Below are positions 59,694 through 64,000 of a DNA stretch of 64,000 nucleotides, piece after piece. Both the position numbers and the translations under genes were made by a program. Source of the stretch: Snowella sp. (lineage in GTDB: Bacteria; Cyanobacteriota; Cyanobacteriia; Cyanobacteriales; Microcystaceae); NCBI GenBank assembly GCA_035285545.1, contig JAYKGY010000070.1, positions 1 to 64,000 of the forward strand. The letters run 5' to 3'. Under the pieces are notes generated by a model. That model saw only the letters and a program-made list of their open reading frames with translations, made no database searches and was not told where the DNA came from. Position 1 is the stretch's first letter. The number at the start of each line of letters is the position of its first letter.

Positions 59694-61067
59694 TTAGTTT
59701 TCAAGTTTAACGCCGCGAATCGCATAATCTAATAACTGCATGGGGTGATAAAGCGGAACCGATTTGCCCTGCTGTTGTAAATGTTTTTGAATTTGCAAAG
59801 AACAGCCTGGATTGGATGATGCAATTAAATTTGCGCCTGTATTCAGTAAGTTTCTCACTTTTAGTTGACCAAGTTCTTCCGCGACATCAGGTTGCAACAT
59901 ATTGTAAACCCCTGCACTGCCGCAACATAACGCCGCATCAACGGATTCTTTTAAGGTCACATTGGGAATTTTGGCTAATAATTGACGGGGTTGTACACTG
60001 ATTTTTTGTCCATGTAATAAATGGCAGGCATCTTGGTAGGCGATCGCGATTTTGTCATCGGTAATGGGAGATAGCTCAGCAGTAAAACCCACTTCTACCA
60101 AAAACTCTTGAATATCGCGAACCTTAGCCACAAATTCTTTAGCTTTTTCCGCATAAATGGGATCATCTTGCAAAATATGGTGATATTCCTTCAAGGTATG
60201 CCCACAGCCTGCCGCGTTGATAATGATGTAATCGACCTCTGCGTCTGCAAAACTATCAATCATCTGTCTCGCTAATGCTTGAGCTTGAGCCTCTTGCCCT
60301 TGGTGAGCAGGGAGAGCCGCACAACAACCTTGGGATTTGGGAATGACGACTTCACAGCCATTGGCGGTTAAAACTCTAACCGTTGCTTCATTAACAGGGG
60401 AGAAAAAGAGCCGTTGCACACACCCCAAAATCACACCGACTCGATAGCGTTTTTCGGTTTGAGCAGGAATTTCCGTTGGATAGTTTTGTCCAAAGGATTG
60501 ACGAGTAATTTTCGGTAAAATCGATTCCATTGCAGCCAAGCGAGGAAAAAACTTTTTCAGTAAGCCTGTCGCTCGAACCAGCTTTTGTAAACCCAAGGTT
60601 TGATAAAGCCAGAAGAACGGTAACAAGACTTGCAACCGTTGAGGATAGGGAAAAAGGTTAAAAATTAAAGTTCTGATCAACCGATCAAAAATATTTCGGG
60701 GTTGATTGCGCTCGACTTGGGGACGGGTAGCGGCGATCAGTTGGTCGTATTGCACCCCAGAAGGACAAGTACTCACACAGGCCAAACACCCTAAGCAACT
60801 ATCAAAATGTTGGGTTGTGGTTTCATCTAATGCCGCTTCTCCTTTGTTGATGGCATTCATTAAATAGATCCGTCCTCTGGGAGAATCCATTTCTTTGCCA
60901 ATAACGCGATAACTAGGGCAAGTGGCTAAACAAAAACCACAATGAACACAGCTATCAATTAATTTTTGCTCAGGCGGATGTTTGCTATCAAAGCCTTTAA
61001 CTTCTTGATTTAATTGTTCTTTAAAATTAAAACTGGAGTTAGAAATAGATGTCTCGGCTGTCTGCAT
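59694..61067 (-). CDS. glcF: Glycolate oxidase Fe-S subunit
   Basis: CVHCGFCLATC, CLGCLACVSTC and two CCG-type domains. Confidence 0.9.
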   Translation of the reverse strand: MQTAETSISNSSFNFKEQLNQEVKGFDSKHPPEQKLIDSCVHCGFCLATCPSYRVIGKEMDSPRGRIYLMNAINKGEAALDETTTQHFDSCLGCLACVSTCPSGVQYDQLIAATRPQVERNQPRNIFDRLIRTLIFNLFPYPQRLQVLLPFFWLYQTLGLQKLVRATGLLKKFFPRLAAMESILPKITRQSFGQNYPTEIPAQTEKRYRVGVILGCVQRLFFSPVNEATVRVLTANGCEVVIPKSQGCCAALPAHQGQEAQAQALARQMIDSFADAEVDYIIINAAGCGHTLKEYHHILQDDPIYAEKAKEFVAKVRDIQEFLVEVGFTAELSPITDDKIAIAYQDACHLLHGQKISVQPRQLLAKIPNVTLKESVDAALCCGSAGVYNMLQPDVAEELGQLKVRNLLNTGANLIASSNPGCSLQIQKHLQQQGKSVPLYHPMQLLDYAIRGVKLEN

Positions 61068-61104
61068 ATTTTTAAATTTTAATATAGTTATAAATAAGGT
61101 TTTT

Positions 61105-61137
61105 ATCCCCATAAATTCCTCTTTGAAAGAGGGACTT
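61105..61137. repeat. Degenerate copy of the ATCCCCCTAAATCCCCC..GGGGACTT repeat
   Basis: ATCCCCATAAATTCCTCTTTGAAAGAGGGACTT, directly after the DUF433 stop. Confidence 0.5.
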
Positions 61138-61448
61138 TAAATTCTTAAATTGCTCAATTTTCGCTGAACTAGAGAAGGCGTTTCAGCTTGTTTCTGCCTT
61201 GCAAAAGCCTCATCATCATCCATTTGTTTTCTAATTTCGTCAAAATGATCATGATAATAGGATAAGGCTGCATAAACGTCAGCTAAAGAAATACTAGGAT
61301 ATTGAGATACAATTTCATCGGGAGATAAGCCTAATTTCTCATGCCAAATGACAATATCTTCCACCCTAATACGATGTCCTGCAATCCGAGGTTTTCCGCC
61401 ACAAATGCCCTCTGTAATTTCAATATGGTTAATAATTGTCGCTGTCAT
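61137..61448 (-). CDS. DUF433 domain protein (antitoxin-like)
   Basis: ICGGKPRIAGHRIRV and ADVYAALSYY motifs. Confidence 0.9.
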   Translation of the reverse strand: MTATIINHIEITEGICGGKPRIAGHRIRVEDIVIWHEKLGLSPDEIVSQYPSISLADVYAALSYYHDHFDEIRKQMDDDEAFARQKQAETPSLVQRKLSNLRI

Positions 61449-61454
61449 AAACAG

Positions 61455-62753
61455 TTAAACACCTCCAACAAAACGTCCGGAATTAAATAAAAAATTGGGA
61501 TCAAATTTTTCTTTTAAACGACGCATTAAGGCTAATCCATTACCTTGATATCCCCACGGTTCATATTGATTTTTGATGGCTTGAGAGGCTTCTAAAATGG
61601 TTAAAAATCCTCGGTTATTTTCACAGCGCGATCGCGTCTGAAGTAATTGACTAATCTCTGAGTCCGTTTCTAATAATAAGCGACCTAAACCGCTACCCAG
61701 ATAAATCTGAGCCAAACTAGGACATTGCTGTAGAAAATTGACAACTTGATTGGGCATCATTCCTATTTTACAGGTGGCCGCCGATACGGTTGTGGGGGAT
61801 AACATACGGGTTTTCAATTGCTGCCATAGAGTCGTTTCGGATTCTTCTGTCAAAACGTTATAGGTTAGTCCGACTTTTTCGCCTAGTGTGATTAATTGCT
61901 TAGCCTGTTCATCCACACTTTCAGGAATATTTTGAAACCGAACTAATAATCCTAAATGATCACCCAAATTCAGCGATCGCATTAAGGGAGCCGATAACAC
62001 ATCCGCCGCCGTAGGAGCTAAACCTGATTGCAATAAAGCTTGGCAAGTCGTGGCTAAGGCTTGCGATTCTCCTGTTAATAAAACCGTTTTTGAGGCTTCG
62101 GGTAAGGGATACAGGCGAAAAGTAACTTGGGTAATAACGCCTAACGTGCCATAGGAACCCGTAAACAACTTCATTAAGTCGTAACCCGCCACATTTTTAA
62201 CAACTCGTCCCCCTGCTTTGGCAATCTTCCCGTCCCATCGCACAAAGGAAAAACCTAATACTAAATCCCTCACCCCTCCGTAACGTTGTCGCCAACTGCC
62301 ACTATCTGCGGTCGCCATAATGCCGCCAATGGTCGCTTGATCATCGTAGCTAGGATCAATGGGTAAAAATTGACGATGGGGGGCTAAAAATGCCTGTAAA
62401 TCTGCCAACTTAACCCCTGCTTCTACGGTAACAGTTAAATCGGCACTGGCATGGTCGATAATACGATTGAGTTTTTGGGTACTGAGGACAAGATCGGCTT
62501 TTTTCACCAATCCTCCCCAGGCTAACTTACTGCCATTGCCACAAAGCAACATTGGCCATTTGTGTTGAGAGGCTTGATTAACAATTACCGATAAGCTTTC
62601 AACCGTTGTAGGGGTTAAATACGTCTGAGGGGGATGTTGAGCCACTGCTTTCTCAATCCGAGCCTGTAACATCGGATCTAACTGTTCCCAAGTCTGAATT
62701 TCCGTTGGGCTATCCAATAAGGATTCGAGTTTAGCGGCGATCACAGCGGCCAT
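61455..62753 (-). CDS. glcE: Glycolate oxidase FAD-binding subunit
   Basis: GGRVVKNVAGYDLMKLFTGSYGTLG and KFDP..LFN.GRF motifs. Confidence 0.88.
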   Translation of the reverse strand: MAAVIAAKLESLLDSPTEIQTWEQLDPMLQARIEKAVAQHPPQTYLTPTTVESLSVIVNQASQHKWPMLLCGNGSKLAWGGLVKKADLVLSTQKLNRIIDHASADLTVTVEAGVKLADLQAFLAPHRQFLPIDPSYDDQATIGGIMATADSGSWRQRYGGVRDLVLGFSFVRWDGKIAKAGGRVVKNVAGYDLMKLFTGSYGTLGVITQVTFRLYPLPEASKTVLLTGESQALATTCQALLQSGLAPTAADVLSAPLMRSLNLGDHLGLLVRFQNIPESVDEQAKQLITLGEKVGLTYNVLTEESETTLWQQLKTRMLSPTTVSAATCKIGMMPNQVVNFLQQCPSLAQIYLGSGLGRLLLETDSEISQLLQTRSRCENNRGFLTILEASQAIKNQYEPWGYQGNGLALMRRLKEKFDPNFLFNSGRFVGGV

Positions 62754-62960
62754 AGAGAGCTGATGACAAAATAGGTATTCACAGCTTACCCTATCATGAT
62801 CGCTATCATTGTCGATAGCGTGGTCAACAGGGTCTAAACACTAAAAATTAACCTGGTCTCATGCCAAATTAATTCATTGAAAGCAGTAATAAGATAATCC
62901 ATGCCATCCCCCCTAGCTCCTTTGAGCAGCAATTAATCCCTATTTGGGGATCAGTCATGG

Positions 62961-64000
62961 CTATTCTTCCCAGAGAGAACGTCCTAGCGCGATCGCCGCA
63001 TTTTGACCCCCAAAGCCAAAACTTAAGCAGAGAGCATGATTAATGTGGGCTTGTTGAGATTCTCTGACTAAATTTAAACGAAATTCGGTTTGATTTAACC
63101 CAACACAGGGAGATAAACGCTGATTTTTTAACGCCATTAAGCTAAAAGCCACACTTAACGCCCCTGAAGCTCCTAACGTATGACCTGTCGCGCCTTTACT
63201 AGAGGTTACTGCAATAGTTTTGGCAAAAAGAGATTGAATTAAGGCAGCTTCTCGGCGATCGTTGAGTTGGGTTCCTGTTCCATGAGCATGGATAAACTGC
63301 ACATCATTAGGGCTTAAGTCACTCCGTTGTAAACACTGTTTAATGGCGATCTGGGCACTGCAATTATCCTCTGCCGGTGCGCTAACATGACTGGCATCAC
63401 AGCTAAATCCCCACCCCTTAATTGTTCCGTAACTCTTGGCATTTCGTTTGTTGGCAACTTCAGCAGACTCTAAAATGAAGACGGCTCCCCCTTCTCCGAG
63501 TGCTAATCCCTCCCGCTGCTGATCAAAGGGATAACAACCCGTTTTTGCCAAAGCTCCCATTTGCTGAAATCCGGCTAAGGTTAATGGGGTAATGGGGACT
63601 TCGATCGCGCCTGCTATCGCTCGTTCACACCGTCCCTGTCGTATCAAATCACAGCCTTGACTAATGGCTAAAATTCCCGTTGCACAAGCGGCCATTGGGG
63701 ATAACGCAATTTCTTGGCTGCCAATCTGTCGAACGGTCGCGATCGCGCCTTGATGGGGAAAGGTTTCTAACCAATTTGTTGTGATCGCATAGGGAGGCGT
63801 AGCCATCTGTTCCCAAAGACCTTGGCAACCGCGACTTGAACCAATGACGACCCCGCAAGTTGTCAACGGAGCCGTTAACTGAGCATCCTGAAGCGCGTCT
63901 TGAACAATGAGGTGTATTAATGGATTTAACGATGACGGTTCCTTTCCCATCATTCCCAAGGGAAGCGGCCGAAACGGGTTAAAAGGTCGATGTAATTGAA
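62961..64000 (-). CDS. Beta-ketoacyl-ACP synthase (FabF-like), 5' end beyond the window
   Basis: AACATG, HAHGTGT, KGATGHTLGA and SFGFGG motifs; frame open to the window edge. Confidence 0.88.
   Translation of the reverse strand, partial: QLHRPFNPFRPLPLGMMGKEPSSLNPLIHLIVQDALQDAQLTAPLTTCGVVIGSSRGCQGLWEQMATPPYAITTNWLETFPHQGAIATVRQIGSQEIALSPMAACATGILAISQGCDLIRQGRCERAIAGAIEVPITPLTLAGFQQMGALAKTGCYPFDQQREGLALGEGGAVFILESAEVANKRNAKSYGTIKGWGFSCDASHVSAPAEDNCSAQIAIKQCLQRSDLSPNDVQFIHAHGTGTQLNDRREAALIQSLFAKTIAVTSSKGATGHTLGASGALSVAFSLMALKNQRLSPCVGLNQTEFRLNLVRESQQAHINHALCLSFGFGGQNAAIALGRSLWEE

Overview
Cyanobacterial chromosomal DNA. Evidence: abundant HIP1 GCGATCGC, ndhF4-ndhD4-cupB, psaL, argZ. The gene content is consistent with a unicellular Synechocystis-like lineage, which is inference only. 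Bases 1-32,240 form a minus-strand surface-glycan supercluster. It holds about 10 glycosyltransferases, a Wzy-like membrane protein, and a Wzm/Wzt ABC exporter split by a 1721-aa multi-malectin gene. It also holds a Wzc with a degenerate kinase domain, a WcaF-like acetyltransferase, tailoring enzymes (AKR, 2OG-Fe dioxygenase, and an FkbM methyltransferase cut by an ISL3 end), and a PEP-CTERM gene followed by a cyanoexosortase A triad (crtA, associated protein, HpsJ-like). A second, divergent cyanoexosortase A triad lies at 42.9-45.3 kb, convergent with a 1966-aa TamB. The remainder is mostly housekeeping: rlmB, Mini-III, rplY, purA, NDH-1(4) CO2 uptake, argZ, a divergent psaL, glcE/glcF and a fabF-like gene. 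The most notable unannotated signals are regulatory. (1) The PEP-CTERM gene and the EPS operon share a sigma70-type promoter architecture with a palindrome in the 17-bp spacer. (2) A 27/30-identical TTCACA direct-repeat box precedes both the malectin gene and wcaF. (3) A ~1-kb leader upstream of the EPS operon carries a possible 16-aa uORF. No CRISPR array, tRNA or rRNA was recognised. All family calls come from motif recognition by eye, not from database searches.
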